Assembly: GCA_964016885.1 (NCBI GenBank)
Contig: OZ024757.1
Span: 13,020,001 to 13,084,000, forward strand
Source of the DNA: Eledone cirrhosa
Taxonomy: Eukaryota
Length of the DNA: 64,000 nt
Reading direction: 5' to 3'
Below the pieces are notes generated by a model. The model made no database searches. It was not told where the DNA came from and worked only from the letters and a program-made list of their open reading frames with translations. Numbering within the stretch: position 1 is the first letter of the stretch; the number at the start of each line of letters is the position of its first letter. Made by a program: the position numbers and the translations under genes. Of this stretch, positions 26,801 to 41,500 are shown one piece after another.

Positions 26801-29800
26801 AATTATTTTTCGAAAAAAAATTAATATGCGTTATTCAAGTTGCGTTTTTCGAAATATAAACTTCTGATTTCGAAAACTTATTTTTTCAGGTTTTTCGAAA
26901 AAAATTTAATCTGCAAAATTTGAAACCAGAAAGTAAATATTTCGAAAGATTTGTAAAAGCATGTTTTTTTTACGTTTTCGAAACATGCAAAAAATCAGAA
27001 AAAGATTAATACAGAAGTATATATTTCGACTATGAACTCACATTCATTCTTTTTCGAAAAACCTAAAAAAATCAATATTTGAAATCAGATATAAATATTT
27101 ATAAAAAAATTGATTATATAAGGTTTTCGAAAAAAATTAATATGCGTTTTTCAAATTGCGTTTTTCGAAATATTAACTTCTGATTTCGAAAACTTATTTT
27201 TTTAGGTTTTTCGAAAAAAATTTAATCTGCAAAATTTGAAACCAGAAAGTAGATATTTCGAAAGATTTGTAAAATCATTAATTTTTTACGTTTTTTTTTA
27301 GATTTCGAAACATGCAAAATGTAAAAAGATTAATACAGAAACATGAAAAATGTAAAAAGATTAATACAGAAGTATATATTTCGACTATGAACTCAGATTC
27401 ATTCTTTTTCGAAAAACCTAAAAAAATTGATTATATAAGGTTTTCGAAAAACCTAAAAATATCAATATTTGAAATCAGATATAAATATTTATAAAAAAAT
27501 TGATTATCGAAAAAAAATTAATATGCCTTTTTCAAATTGCGTTTTTCGAAATATTAACTTCTGATTTCGAAAACTGATTTTTTTAGGTTTTTCGAAAAAA
27601 ATTTAATCTGCAAAATTTGAAACCAGAAAGTAGATATTTCGAAAGATTTGTAAAAGCATTAATTTTTTACGTTTTTTTTAGATTTCGAAAATGCTAACAA
27701 TCAGAAAAACGTAAAAAGATTAATGCAGAAGTATATATTTCGACTATGAACTCACATTCATTCTTTTTCGAAAAACCTAAAAAAATCAATATTTGAAATC
27801 AGATATAAATATTTATAAAAAAATTGATTATATAAGGTTTTCGAAAAAAATTAATATGCGTTTTTCAAATTGCGTTTTTCGAAATATTAACTTCTGATTT
27901 CGAAAACTTATTTTTTTAGGTTTTTCGAAAAAAATTTAATCTGCAAAATTTGAAACCAGAAAGTTTCGAAAGATTTGTAAAAGCATGTTTTTTTTACGTT
28001 TTCGAAACATGCAAAAAATCAGAAAAAGATTAATACAGAAGTATATATTTCGACTATGAACTCACATTCATTCTTTTTCGAAAAACCTAAAAAAATTGAT
28101 TATATAAGGTTTTCGAAAAACCTAAAAAAATCAATATTTGAAATCAGATATAAATATTTCTAAAAGTATAAAAAAAATTGATTATATAAGGTTTTCGAAA
28201 AAAAATTAATATGCGTTTTTCAAATTGCGTTTTTCGAACTTCTGATTTCGAAAACTGATTTTTTTAGGTTTTTCGAAAAAAATTTAATCTGCAAAATTTG
28301 AAACCAGAAAGTAGATATTTCGAAAGATTTGTAAAAGCATTAATTTTTTACGTTTTTTATTAGATTTCGAAACATGCAAAATGTAAAAAGATTAATACAG
28401 AAACATGAAAAATGTAAAAAGATTAATACAGAAGTATATATTTCGACTATGAACTCAGATTCATTCTTTTTCGAAAAACCTAAAAAAATTGATTATATAA
28501 GGTTTTCGAAAAACCTAAAAAAATCAATATTTGAAATCAGATATAAATATTTATAAAAAAATTGATTATATAAGGTTTTCAAAAAAAATTAATATGCGTT
28601 TTTCAAATTGCGTTTTTCGAAATATTAACTTCTGATTTCGAAAACTTATTTTTTTAGGTTTTTCGAAAAAAATTTAATCTGCAAAATTTGAAACCAGAAA
28701 GTAAATATTTCGAAAGATTTGTAAAAGCATGTTTTTTTTACGTTTTCGAAACATGCAAAAAATCAGAAAATCAGATGCAAAAAATCACATGCAAAAAATC
28801 AGAAGTATATATTTCGACTATGAACTCACATTCATTCTTTTTCGAAAAACCTAAAAAAATCAATATTTGAAATCAGATATAAATATTTATAAAAAAATTG
28901 ATTATATAAGGTTTTCGAAAAAAATTAATATGCGTTTTTCAAATTGCGTTTTTCGAAATATTAACTTCTGATTTCGAAAACTTATTTTTTTAGGTTTTTC
29001 GAAAAAAATTTAATCTGCAAAATTTGAAACCAGAAAGTTTCGAAAGATTTGTAAAAGCATGTTTTTTTTACGTTTTCGAAACATGCAAAAAATCAGAAAA
29101 AGATTAATACAGAAGTATATATTTCGACTATGAACTCAGATTCATTCTTTTTCGAAAAACCTAAAAAAATTGATTATATAAGGTTTTCGAAAAACCTAAA
29201 AAAATCAATATTTGAAATCAGATATAAATATTTCTAAAAGTATAAAAAAAATTGATTATATAAGGTTTTCGAAAAAAAATTAATATGCGTTTTTCAAATT
29301 GCGTTTTTCGAACTTCTGATTTCGAAAACTGATTTTTTTAGGTTTTTCGAAAAAAATTTAATCTGCAAAATTTGAAACCAGAAAGTAAATATTTCGAAAG
29401 ATTTGTAAAAGCATGTTTTTTTTACGTTTTCGAAACATGCAAAAAATCAGAAAAAGATTAATACAGAAGTATATATTTCGACTATGAACTCACATTCATT
29501 CTTTTTCGAAAAACCTAAAAAAATCAATATTTGAAATCAGATATAAATATTTATAAAAAAATTGATTATATAAGGTTTTCGAAAAAAATTAATATGCGTT
29601 TTTCAAATTGCGTTTTTCGAAATATTAACTTCTGATTTCGAAAACTTATTTTTTTAGGTTTTTCGAAAAAAATTTAATCTGCAAAATTTGAAACCAGTAA
29701 GTTTCGAAAGATTTGTAAAAGCATGTTTTTTTTTACGTTTTCGAAACATGCAAAAAATCAGAAAAAGATTAATACAGAAGTATATATTTCGACTATGAAC

Positions 29801-29831
29801 TCACATTCATTCTTTTTCGAAAAACCTAAAA

Positions 29832-29932
29832 AAATTGATTATATAAGGTTTTCGAAAAACCTAAAAAAAATCAATATTTGATTTCAAATATTGATTTTTT
29901 TAGGTTTTTCGAAAACCTTATATAATCAATTT
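29832..29932. repeat. Type I palindrome, copy 5
   Basis: Copy of 12042-12142 at offset +17790. Confidence 0.95.
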
Positions 29933-32900
29933 ATAAAAAAATTGATTATATAAGGTTTTCGAAAAAAATTAATATGCGTTTTTCAAATTGCGTTTTTCGA
30001 AATATTAACTTCTGATTTTGAAAACTTATTTTTTTAGGTTTTTTGAAAAAAATTTAATCTGCAAAATTTGAAACCAGAAAGTAGATATTTCGAAAGATTT
30101 GTAAAAGCATTAATTTTTTACGTTTTTTTTTAGATTTCGAAACATGCAAAATGTAAAAAGATTAATACAGAAACATGAAAAATGTAAAAAGATTAATACA
30201 GAAGTATATATTTCGACTATGAACTCAGATTCATTCTTTTTCGAAAAACCTAAAAAAATTGATTATATAAGGTTTTCGAAAAACCTAAAAATATCAATAT
30301 TTGAAATCAGATATAAATATTTATAAAAAAATTGATTATATAAGGTTTTCGAAAAAAAATTAATATGCGTTTTTCAAATTGCGTTTTTCGAAATATTAAC
30401 TTCTGATTCCGAAAACTGATTTTTTTAGGTTTTTCGAAAAAAATTTAATCTGCAAAATTTGAAACCAGAAAGTAAATATTTCGAAAGATTTGTAAAAGCA
30501 TTAATTTTTTACGTTTTTTTTAGATTTCGAAAATGCTAACAATCAGAAAAACGTAAAAAGATTAATGCAGAAGTATATATTTCGACTATGAACTCACATT
30601 CATTCTTTTTCGAAAAACCTAAAAAAATTGATTATATAAGGTTTTCGAAAAACCTAAAAAAATCAATATTTGAAATCAGATATAAATATTTCTAAAAGTA
30701 TAAAAAAATTGATTATATAAAAAAATATTGATTATATAAAAAATATTGATTATATAAAAAAATTATTTTTCGAAAAAAAATTAATATGCGTTTTTCAAGT
30801 TGCGTTTTTCGAAATATTAACTTCTGATTTCGAAAACTTATTTTTTTAGGTTTTTCGAAAAAAATTTAATCTGCAAAATTTGAAACCAGAAAGTAAATAT
30901 TTCGAAAGATTTGTAAAAGCATGTTTTTTTTACGTTTTCGAAACATGCAAAAAATCAGAAAAAGATTAATATAGAAGTATATATTTCGACTATGAACTCA
31001 CATTCATTCTTTTTCGAAAAACCTAAAAAAATCAATATTTGAAATCAGATATAAATATTTCTAAAAGTATAAAAAAATTGATTATATAAAAAAATATTGA
31101 TTATATAAAAAATATTGATTATATAAAATAATTATTTTTCGAAAAAAAATTAATATGCGTTTTTCAAATTGCGTTTTTCGAAATATTAACTTCTGATTTC
31201 GAAAACTGATTTTTTTAGGTTTTTCGAAAAAAATTTAATCTGCAAAATTTGAAACCAGACAGTAGATATTTCGAAAGATTTGTAAAAGCATTAATTTTTT
31301 ACGTTTTTTTTAGATTTCGAAACATGCAAAATGTAAAAAGATTAATACAGAAACATGAAAAATGTAAAAAGATTAATACAGAAGTATATATTTCGACTAT
31401 GAACTCAGATTCATTCTTTTTCGAAAAACCTAAAAAAATCAATATTTGAAATCAGATATAAATATTTCTAAAAGTATAAAAAAATTGATTATATAAAAAA
31501 ATATTGATTATATAAAAAATATTGATTATATAAAAAAATTATTTTTCGAAAAAAAATTAATATGCGTTTTTCAAATTGCGTTTTTCGAAATATTAACTTC
31601 TGATTTCGAAAACTGATTTTTTTAGGTTTTTCGAAAAAAATTTAATCTGCAAAATTTGAAACCAGAAAGTAGATATTTCGAAAGATTTGTAAAAGCATTA
31701 ATTTTTTACGTTTTTTTTAGATTTCGAAACATGCAAAATGTAAAAAGATTAATACAGAAACATGAAAAATGTAAAAAGATTAATACAGAAGTATATATTT
31801 CGACTATGAACTCAGATTCATTCTTTTTCGAAAAACCTAAAAAAATTGATTATATAAGGTTTTCGAAAAACCTAAAAAAATCAATATTTGAAATCAGATA
31901 TAAATATTTCTAAAAGTATAAAAAAATTGATTATATAAGGTTTTCGAAAAAAAATTAATATGCGTTTTTCAAATTGCGTTTTTCGAACTTCTGATTTCGA
32001 AAACTGATTTTTTTAGGTTTTTTGAAAAAAATTTAATCTGTAAAATTTGAAACCAGAAAGTAAATATTTCGAAAGATTTGTAAAAGCATGTTTTTTTTAC
32101 GTTTTCGAAACATGCAAAAAATCAGAAAAAGATTAATACAGAAGTATATATTTCGACTATGAACTCACATTCATTCTTTATCGAAAAACCTAAAAAAATT
32201 GATTATATAAGGTTTTCGAAAAACCTAAAAAAATCAATATTTGAAATCAGATATAAATATTTCTAAAAGTATAAAAAAATTGATTATATAAAAAAATATT
32301 GATTATATAAAAAATATTGATTATATAAAAAAATTATTTTTCGAAAAAAAATTAATATGCGTTTTTGAAATTGCGTTTTTCGAAATATTAACTGCTGATT
32401 TTGAAAACTGATTTTTTTAGGTTTTTCGAAAAAAATTTAATCTGCAAAACTTGAAACCAGAAAGTAGATATTTCGAAAGATTTGTAAAAGCATTAATTTT
32501 TTACGTTTTTTTTAGATTTCGAAAATGCTAACAATCAGAAAAACGTAAAAAGATTAATGCAGAAGTATATATTTCGACTATGAACTCACATTCATTCTTT
32601 TTCGAAAAACCTAAAAAAATTGATTATATAAGGTTTTCGAAAAACCTAAAAATATCAATATTTGAAATCCGATATAAATATTTATAAAAAAATTGATTAT
32701 ATAAGGTTTTCGAAAAAAAATTAATATGCGTTTTTCAAATTGCGTTTTTCGAAATATTAACTTCTGATTTCGAAAACTGATTTTTTTAGGTTTTTCGAAA
32801 AAAATTTAATTTGCAAAATTTGAAACCAGAAAGTAAATATTTCAAAAACCATTAATATTTTACGTTTTTTTTTAGAAATATTAACTTTTCGAAAACTGAT

Positions 32901-35900
32901 TTTTTTAGGTTTTTCGAAAAAAATTTAATCTGCAAAATTTGAAACCAGAAAGTAGATATTTCGAAAGATTTGTAAAAGCATTAATTTTTTACGTTTTTTT
33001 TAGATTTCGAAAATGCTAACAATCAGAAAAACGTAAAAAGATTAATGCAGAAGTATATATTTCGACTATGAACTCACATTCATTCTTTTTCGAAAAACCT
33101 AAAAAAATTGATTATATAAGGTTTTCGAAAAACCTAAAAAAATCAATATTTAAAATCAGATATAAATATTTCTAAAAGTATAAAGAAATTGATTATATAA
33201 AAAAATATTGATTATTTCGAAATATTAACTTCTTATTTCGAAAACTGATTTTTTTAGGTTTTTCGAAAAAAATTTAATCTACAAAATTTGAAACCAGACA
33301 GTAGATATTTCGAAAGATTTGTAAAAGCATTAATTTTTTACGTTTTTTTTAGATTTCGAAATATGCAAAATGTAAAAAGATTAATACAGAAACATGAAAA
33401 ATGTAAAAAGATTAATACAGAAGTATATATTTCGACTATGAACTCAGATTCATTCTTTTTCGAAAAACCTAAAAAAATTGATTATATAAGATTTTCGAAA
33501 AACCTAAAAAAATCAATATTTGAAATCAGATATAAATATTTCTAAAAGTATAAAAAAATTGATTATATAAGGTTTTCGAAAAAAAATTAATATGCGTTTT
33601 TCAAATTGCGTTTTTCGAACTTCTGATTTCGAAAACTGATTTTTTTAGGTTTTTTGAAAAAAATTTAATCTGCAAAATTTGAAACCAGAAAGTAAATATT
33701 TCGAAAAAGCATGTTTTTTTTACGTTTTCGAAACATGCAAAAAATCAGAAAAAGATTAATACAGAAGTATATTGAACTCACATTCATTCTTTTTCGAAAA
33801 ACCTAAAAAAATTGATTATATAAGGTTTTCGAAAAACCTAAAAAAATCAATATTTGAAATCAGATATAAATATTTATAAAAAAATTGATTATATAAGGTT
33901 TTCGAAAAAAATTAATATGCGTTTTTCAAATTGCGTTTTTCGAAATATTGACTTCTGATGTCGAAAACAGATTTTTTTAGGTTTTTCGAAAAAAATTTAA
34001 TTTGCAAAATTTGAAACCAGAAAGTAAATATTTCAAAAACCATTAATATTTTACGTTTTTTTTTAGAAATATTAACTTTTCGAAAACTGATTTTTTTAGG
34101 TTTTTCGAAAAAAATTTAATCTACAAAATTTGAAACCAGACAGTAGATATTTTGAAAGATTTGTAAAAGCATTAATTTTTTACGTTTTTTTTAGATTTCG
34201 AAACACAAAATGTAAAAAGATTAATACAGAAACATGAAAAATGTAAAAAGATTAATACAGAAGTATATATTTCGACTATGAACTCAGATTCATTCTTTTT
34301 CGAAAAACCTAAAAAAATCAATATTTGAAATCAGATATAAATATTTCTAAAAGTATAAAAAAATTGATTATATAAAAAAATATTGATTATATAAAAAATA
34401 TTGATTATATAAAAAAATTATTTTTCGAAAAAAAATTAATATGCGTTTTTCAAATTGCGTTTTTCGAAATATTAACTTCTGATTTCGAAAACTGATTTTT
34501 TTAGGTTTTTCGAAAAAAATTTAATCTGCAAAATTTGAAACCAGAAAGTAGATATTTCGAAAGATTTGTAAAAGCATTAATTTTTTACGTTTTTTTTTAG
34601 ATTTCGAAACATGCAAAATGTAAAAAGATTAATACAAAAACATGAAAAATGTAAAAAGATTAATACAGAAGTATATATTTCGACTATGAACTCAGATTCA
34701 TTCTTTTTCGAAAAACCTAAAAAAATTGATTATATAAGGTTTTCGAAAAACCTAAAAAAATCAATATTTGAAATCAGATATAAATATTTCTAAAAGTATA
34801 AAAAAATTGATTATATAAGGTTTTCGAAAAAAAATTAATATGCGTTTTTCAAATTGCGTTTTTCGAACTTCTGATTTCAAAAACTGATTTTTTTAGGTTT
34901 TTTGAAAAAAATTTAATCTGAAAATTTGAAACCAGAAAGTAAATATTTCGAAAGATTTGTAAAAGCATGTTTTTTTTACGTTTTCGAAACATGCAAAAAA
35001 TCAGAAAAAGATTAATACAGAAGTATATATTTCGACTATGAACTCACATTCATTCTTTTTCGAAAAACCTAAAAAAATTGATTATATAAGGTTTTCGAAA
35101 AACCTAAAAAAATCAATATTTGAAATCAGATATAAATATTTCTAAAAGTATAAAAAAATTGATTATATAAAAAAATATTGATTATATAAAAAATATTGAT
35201 TATATAAAAAAATTATTTTTCGAAAAAAAATTAATATGCGTTTTTGAAATTGCGTTTTTCGAAATATTAACTGCTGATTTCGAAAACTGATTTTTTTAGG
35301 TTTTTCGAAAAAAATTTAATCTGCAAAACTTGAAACCAGAAAGTAGATATTTCGAAAGATTTGTAAAAGCATTAATTTTTTACGTTTTTTTTAGATTTCG
35401 AAAATGCTAACAATCAGAAAAACGTAAAAAGATTAATGCAGAAGTATATATTTCGACTATGAACTCACATTCATTCTTTTTCGAAAAACCTAAAAAAATT
35501 GATTATATAAGGTTTTCGAAAAACCTAAAAAAATCAATATTTGAAATCAGATATAAATATTTCTAAAAGTATAAAAAAATTGATTATATAAAAAAATATT
35601 GATTATATAAAAAATATTGATTATATAAAAAAATTATTTTTCGAAAAAAAATTAATATGCGTTTTTCAAATTGCGTTTTTAGAAATATTAACTTCTGATT
35701 TCGAAAACTGAATTTTTTAGGTTTTTCGAAAAAAATTTAATCTGCAAAATTTGAAACCACAAAGTAGATATTTCGAAAGATTTGTAAAAGCATTAATTTT
35801 TTACGTTTTTTTTTAGATTTCGAAACATGCAAAATGTAAAAAGATTAATACAGAAGTATATATTTCGACTATGAACTCACATTCATTCTTTTTCGAAAAA

Positions 35901-38550
35901 CCTAAAAAAATCAATATTTGAAATCAGATATAAATATTTATAAAAAAATTGATTATATAAGGTTTTCGAAAAAAATTAATATGCGTTTTTCAAATTGCGT
36001 TTTTCGAAATATTAGCTTCTGATTTCGAAAACTTATTTTTTTAGGTTTTTCGAAAAAAATTTAATCTGCAAAATTTGAAACCAGAAAGTTTCGAAAGATT
36101 TGTAAAAGCATGTTTTTTTTACGTTTTCGAAACATGCAAAAAATCAGAAAAAGATTAATACAGAAGTATATATTTCGACTATGAACTCACATTCATTCTT
36201 TTTCGAAAAACCTAAAAAAATTGATTATATAAGGTTTTCGAAAAACCTAAAAAAATCAATATTTGAAATCAGATATAAATATTTATAAAAAAATTGATTA
36301 TATAAGGTTTTCGAAAAAAATTAATATGCGTTTTTCAAATTGCGTCTTTCGAAATATTAACTTCTGATTTCGAAAACTTATTTTTTTAGGTTTTTCGAAA
36401 AAAATTTAATCTGCAAAATTTGAAACCAGAAAGTAGATATTTCGAAATTTTTGTAAAAGCATTAATTTTTTACGTTTTTTTAGATTTCGAAAATGCTAAC
36501 AATCAAAAAAACGTAAAAAGATTAATGCAGAAGTATATATTTCGACTCACATTCATTCTTTCTCGAAAAACCTAAAAAAATCAATATTTGAAATCAGATA
36601 TAAATATTTCTAAAAGTATAAAAAAATTGATTATATAAAGTTTTCGAAAAAAAATTAATATGCGTTTTTCAAATTGCGTTTTTCGAAATATTAACTTCTA
36701 ATTTCGAAAACTGATTTTTTTTAGGTTTTTCGAAAAAAATTTAATCTGCAAAATTTGAAACCAGAAAGTAGATATTTCAAAAGATTTGTAAAAGCATTAA
36801 TTTTTTACGTTTTTTTTAGATTTCGAAAATGCAAACAATCAGAAAAACGTAAAAAGATTAATACAGAAGTATATATTTCGACTATGAACTCACATTCGTT
36901 CTTTTTCGAAAAACCTAAAAAAATCAATATTTGAAATCAGATATAAATATTTATAAAAAAATTGATTATATAAGGTTTTCGAAAAAAAATTAATATGCGT
37001 TTTTCAAATTGCGTTTTTGGGAATATTGACTTCTGATGTCGAAAACAGATTTTTTTAGGTTTTTCGAAAAAAATTTAATCTGCAAAATTTGAAACCAGAA
37101 AGTAGATATTTCGAAATTTTTGTAAAAGCATTAATTTTTTACGTTTTTTTAGATTTCGAAAATGCTAACAATCAAAAAAACGTAAAAAGATTAATGCAGA
37201 AGTATATATTTCGACTCACATTCATTCTTTCTCGAAAAACCTAAAAAAATCAATATTTGAAATCAGATATAAATATTTCTAAAAGTATAAAAAAATTGAT
37301 TATATAAAGTTTTCGAAAAAAAATTAATATGCGTTTTTCAAATTGCGTTTTTCGAAATATTAACTTCTAATTTCGAAAACTGATTTTTTTTAGGTTTTTC
37401 GAAAAAAATTTAATCTGCAAAATTTGAAACCAGAAAGTAGATATTTCAAAAGATTTGTAAAAGCATTAATTTTTTACGTTTTTTTTAGATTTCGAAAATG
37501 CAAACAATCAGAAAAACGTAAAAAGATTAATACAGAAGTATATATTTCGACTATGAACTCACATTCGTTCTTTTTCGAAAAACCTAAAAAAATCAATATT
37601 TGAAATCAGATATAAATATTTATAAAAAAATTGATTATATAAGGTTTTCGAAAAAAAATTAATATGCGTTTTTCAAATTGCGTTTTTGGGAATATTGACT
37701 TCTGATGTCGAAAACAGATTTTTTTAGGTTTTTCGAAAAAAATTTAATTTGCAAAATTTGAAACCAGAAAGTAAATATTTCAAAAACCATTAATATTTTA
37801 CGTTTTTTTTTAGATAGAAAAACGTAAAAAGATTAATGCAGAAATATATATTTCGACTATGAACTCACATTCATTCTTTTTCGAAAAACCTAAAAAAATT
37901 GATTATATAAGGTTTTCGAAAAACCTAAAAAAATCAATATTTGAAATCAGATATAAATATTTATAAAAAAATTGATTATATAAGGTTTTCGAAAAAAAAT
38001 TAATATGCGTTTTTCAAATTGCGTTTTTCGAAATATTAACTTCTGATTTCGAAAACTGATTTTTTTAGGTTTTTTGACAAAAATTTAATCTGCAAAATTT
38101 GAAACCAGAAAGTAGATATTTCGAAAGAATTGTAAAGCATTAATTTTTTACGTTTATTTAGATTTTGAAAATGCTAACAATCAGAAAAACATAAAAAGAT
38201 TAATGCAGAAGTATATATTTCGACTATGAACTCACATTCATTCTTTTTCGAAAAACCTAAGAAAATCAATATTTGAAATCAGATATAAATATTTCTAAAA
38301 GTATAAAAAAATTAAGGTTTTCGAAAAAAAATTAATATGCGTTTTTCAAATTGCTTTTTTCGAAATATTAACTTCTGATTTTGAAAACTGATGTTTTTAG
38401 GTTTTTCGAAAAAAATTTAATCTACAAAATTTAAAACCAGAAAGTAAATATTTCTAAAGATTTGTAAAAATTTTTTACGTTTTTTTTTAGATAGAAAAAC
38501 GTAAATAGAAATATATATTTCGACTAAGATCTCACATTCATTCTTTTGAA

Positions 38551-38598
38551 AAAACTAAAAAAAATTTATTACTTATGTAATAAATTTTTTTTAGTTTT
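38551..38598. repeat. Type II palindrome, copy 2
   Basis: Copy of 20761-20808 at offset +17790. Confidence 0.93.
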
Positions 38599-41500
38599 CG
38601 AAAAACCTAAAAAAAATCAATATTTGAAATCAGATATAAATATTTCTAAAAGTATAAAAAAAATTGATTATATAAGGTTTTCGAAAAAAAATTAATATGC
38701 GTTTTTCAAATTGCGTTATTGGAAATATTGACTTCTGATGTCGAAAACTGATTTATTTAGGTTTTTCGAAAAAAATTTAATTTGCAAAATTTGAAACCAG
38801 AAAGTAAATATTTCAAAAACCATTAATATTTTACGTTTTTTTTTAGATAGAAAAACGTAAAAAGATTAATGCAGAAATATATATTTCGACTATGAACTCA
38901 CATTCATTCTTATTCGAAAAACATAAAAAAAATTGATTATATAAGGTTTTCGAAAAACCTAAAAAAATCAATATTTGAAATCAGATATAAATATTTCTAA
39001 AAGTATAAAAAAATTGATTATATAAGGTTTTCGAAAAAAAATTAATATGCGTTTTTCAAATTGCGTTTTTCGAAAAAAATTTAATCTGCAAAATCTGAAA
39101 GTAAATATTTCGAAAGATTTGTAAAAGCATTAATTTTTTACGTTTTTTTTAAATTTCGAAACATGCAAAAAATCAGAAAAATGTAAAAAGATTAATACAG
39201 AAGTATATATTTCGAAAAACCTAAAAAAATTGATTATATAAGGTTTTCGAAAAACCTAAAAAAATCAATATTTGAAATCAGATATAAATATTTATAAAAA
39301 AATTGATTAATATGCGTTTTTCAAATTGCGTTTTTGGGAATATTGACTTCTGACGTCGAAAACAGATTTTTTTAGGTTTTTCGAAAAAAATTTAATTTGC
39401 AAAATTTGAAACCAGAAAGTAAATATTTCGAAAGATTTGTAAAAGCATTAATTTTTTACGTTTTTTTTAGATTTCGAAACATGCAAAATGTAAAAAGATT
39501 AATACAGAAACATGAAAAATGTAAAAAGATTAATACAGAAGTATATATTTCGACTATGAACTCAGATTCATTCTTTTTCGAAAAACCTAAAAAAATTGAT
39601 TATATAAGGTTTTCGAAAAACCTAAAAAAATCAATATTTGAAATCAGATATAAATATTTCTAAAAGTATAAAATAATTGATTATATAAGGTTTTCGAAAA
39701 AAAATTAATATGCGTTTTTCAAATTGCGTTTTTCGAACTTCTGATTTCGAAAAGTGATTTTTTTAGGTTTTTCGAAAAAAATTTAATCTGCAAAATTTGA
39801 AACCAGAAAGTAGATATTTCGAAAGATTTGTAAAAGCATTAATTTTTTACGTTTTTTTTAGATTTCGAAACATGCAAAATGTAAAAAGATTAATACAGAA
39901 ACATGAAAAATGTAAAAAGATTAATACAGAAGTATATATTTCGACTATGAACTCAGATTCATTCTTTTTCGAAAAACCTAAAAAAATCAATATTTGAAAT
40001 CAGATATAAATATTTCTAAAAGTATAAAAAAATTGATTATATAAGGTTTTCGAAAAAAAATTAATATGCGTTTTTCAAATTGCGTTTTTCGAACTTCTGA
40101 TTTCTAAAACTGATTTTTTTAGGTTTTTTGAAAAAAATTTAATCTGCAAAATTTGAAACCAGAAAGTAAATATTTCGAAAGATTTGTAAAAGCATGTTTT
40201 TTTTACGTTTTCGAAACATGCAAAAAATCAGAAAAAGATTAATACAGAAGTATATTGAACTCACATTCATTCTTTTTCGAAAAACCTAAAAAAATTGATT
40301 ATATAAGGTTTTCGAAAAACCTAAAAAAATCAATATTTGAAATCAGATATAAATATTTCTAAAAGTATAAAAAAATTGATTATATAAAAAAATATTGATT
40401 ATATAAAAAATATTGATTATATAAAAAAATTATTTTTCGAAAAAAAATTAATATGCGTTTTTGAAATTGCGTTTTTCGAAATATTAACTGCTGATTTCGA
40501 AAACTGATTTTTTTAGGTTTTTCGAAAAAAATTTAATCTGCAAAACTTGAAACCAGAAAGTAGATATTTCGAAAGATTTGTAAAAGCATTAATTTTTTAC
40601 GTTATTTTTAGATTTCGAAACACGCAAAATGTAAAAAGATTAATACAGAAACATGAAAAATGTAAAAAGATTAATACAGAAGTATATATTTCGACTATGA
40701 ACTCAGATTCATTCTTTTTCGAAAAACCTAAAAAAATTGATTATATAAGGTTTTCGAAAACCTAAAAAAATCAATATTTGAAATCAGATATAAATATTTA
40801 TAAAAAAATTGATTATATAAGGTTTTCAAAAAAAATTAATATGCGTTTTTCAAATTGCGTTTTTCGAAATATTAACTTCTGATTTCGAAAACTGATTTTT
40901 TTAGGTTTTTCGAAAAAAATTTAATCTGCAAATTTTGAAACCAGAAAGTAGATATTTCAAAAGATTTGTAAAAGCATTAATTTTTTACGTTTTTTTTAGA
41001 TTTCGAAACATGCAAAATGTAAAAAGATTAATACAAAAACATGAAAAATGTAAAAAGATTAATACAGAAGTATATATTTCGACTATGAACTCAGATTCAT
41101 TCTTTTTCGAAAAACCTAAAAAAATCAATATTTGAAATCAGATATAAATATTTCTAAAAGTATAAAAAAAATTGATTATATAAGGTTTTCGAAAAAAAAT
41201 TAATATGCGTTTTTCAAATTGCGTTTTTCGAACTTCTGATTTCGAAAACTGATTTTTTTAGGTTTTTCGAAAAAAATTTAATCTGCAAAATTTGAAACCA
41301 GAAAGTAAATATTTCGAAAGATTTGTAAAAGCACGTTTTTTTTACGTTTTCGAAACATGCAAAAAATCAGAAAAAGATTAATACAGAAGTATATATTTCG
41401 ACTATGAACTCACATTCATTCTTTTTCGAAAAACCTAAAAAAATCAATATTTGAAATCAGATATAAATATTTATAAAAAAATTGATTATATAAGGTTTTC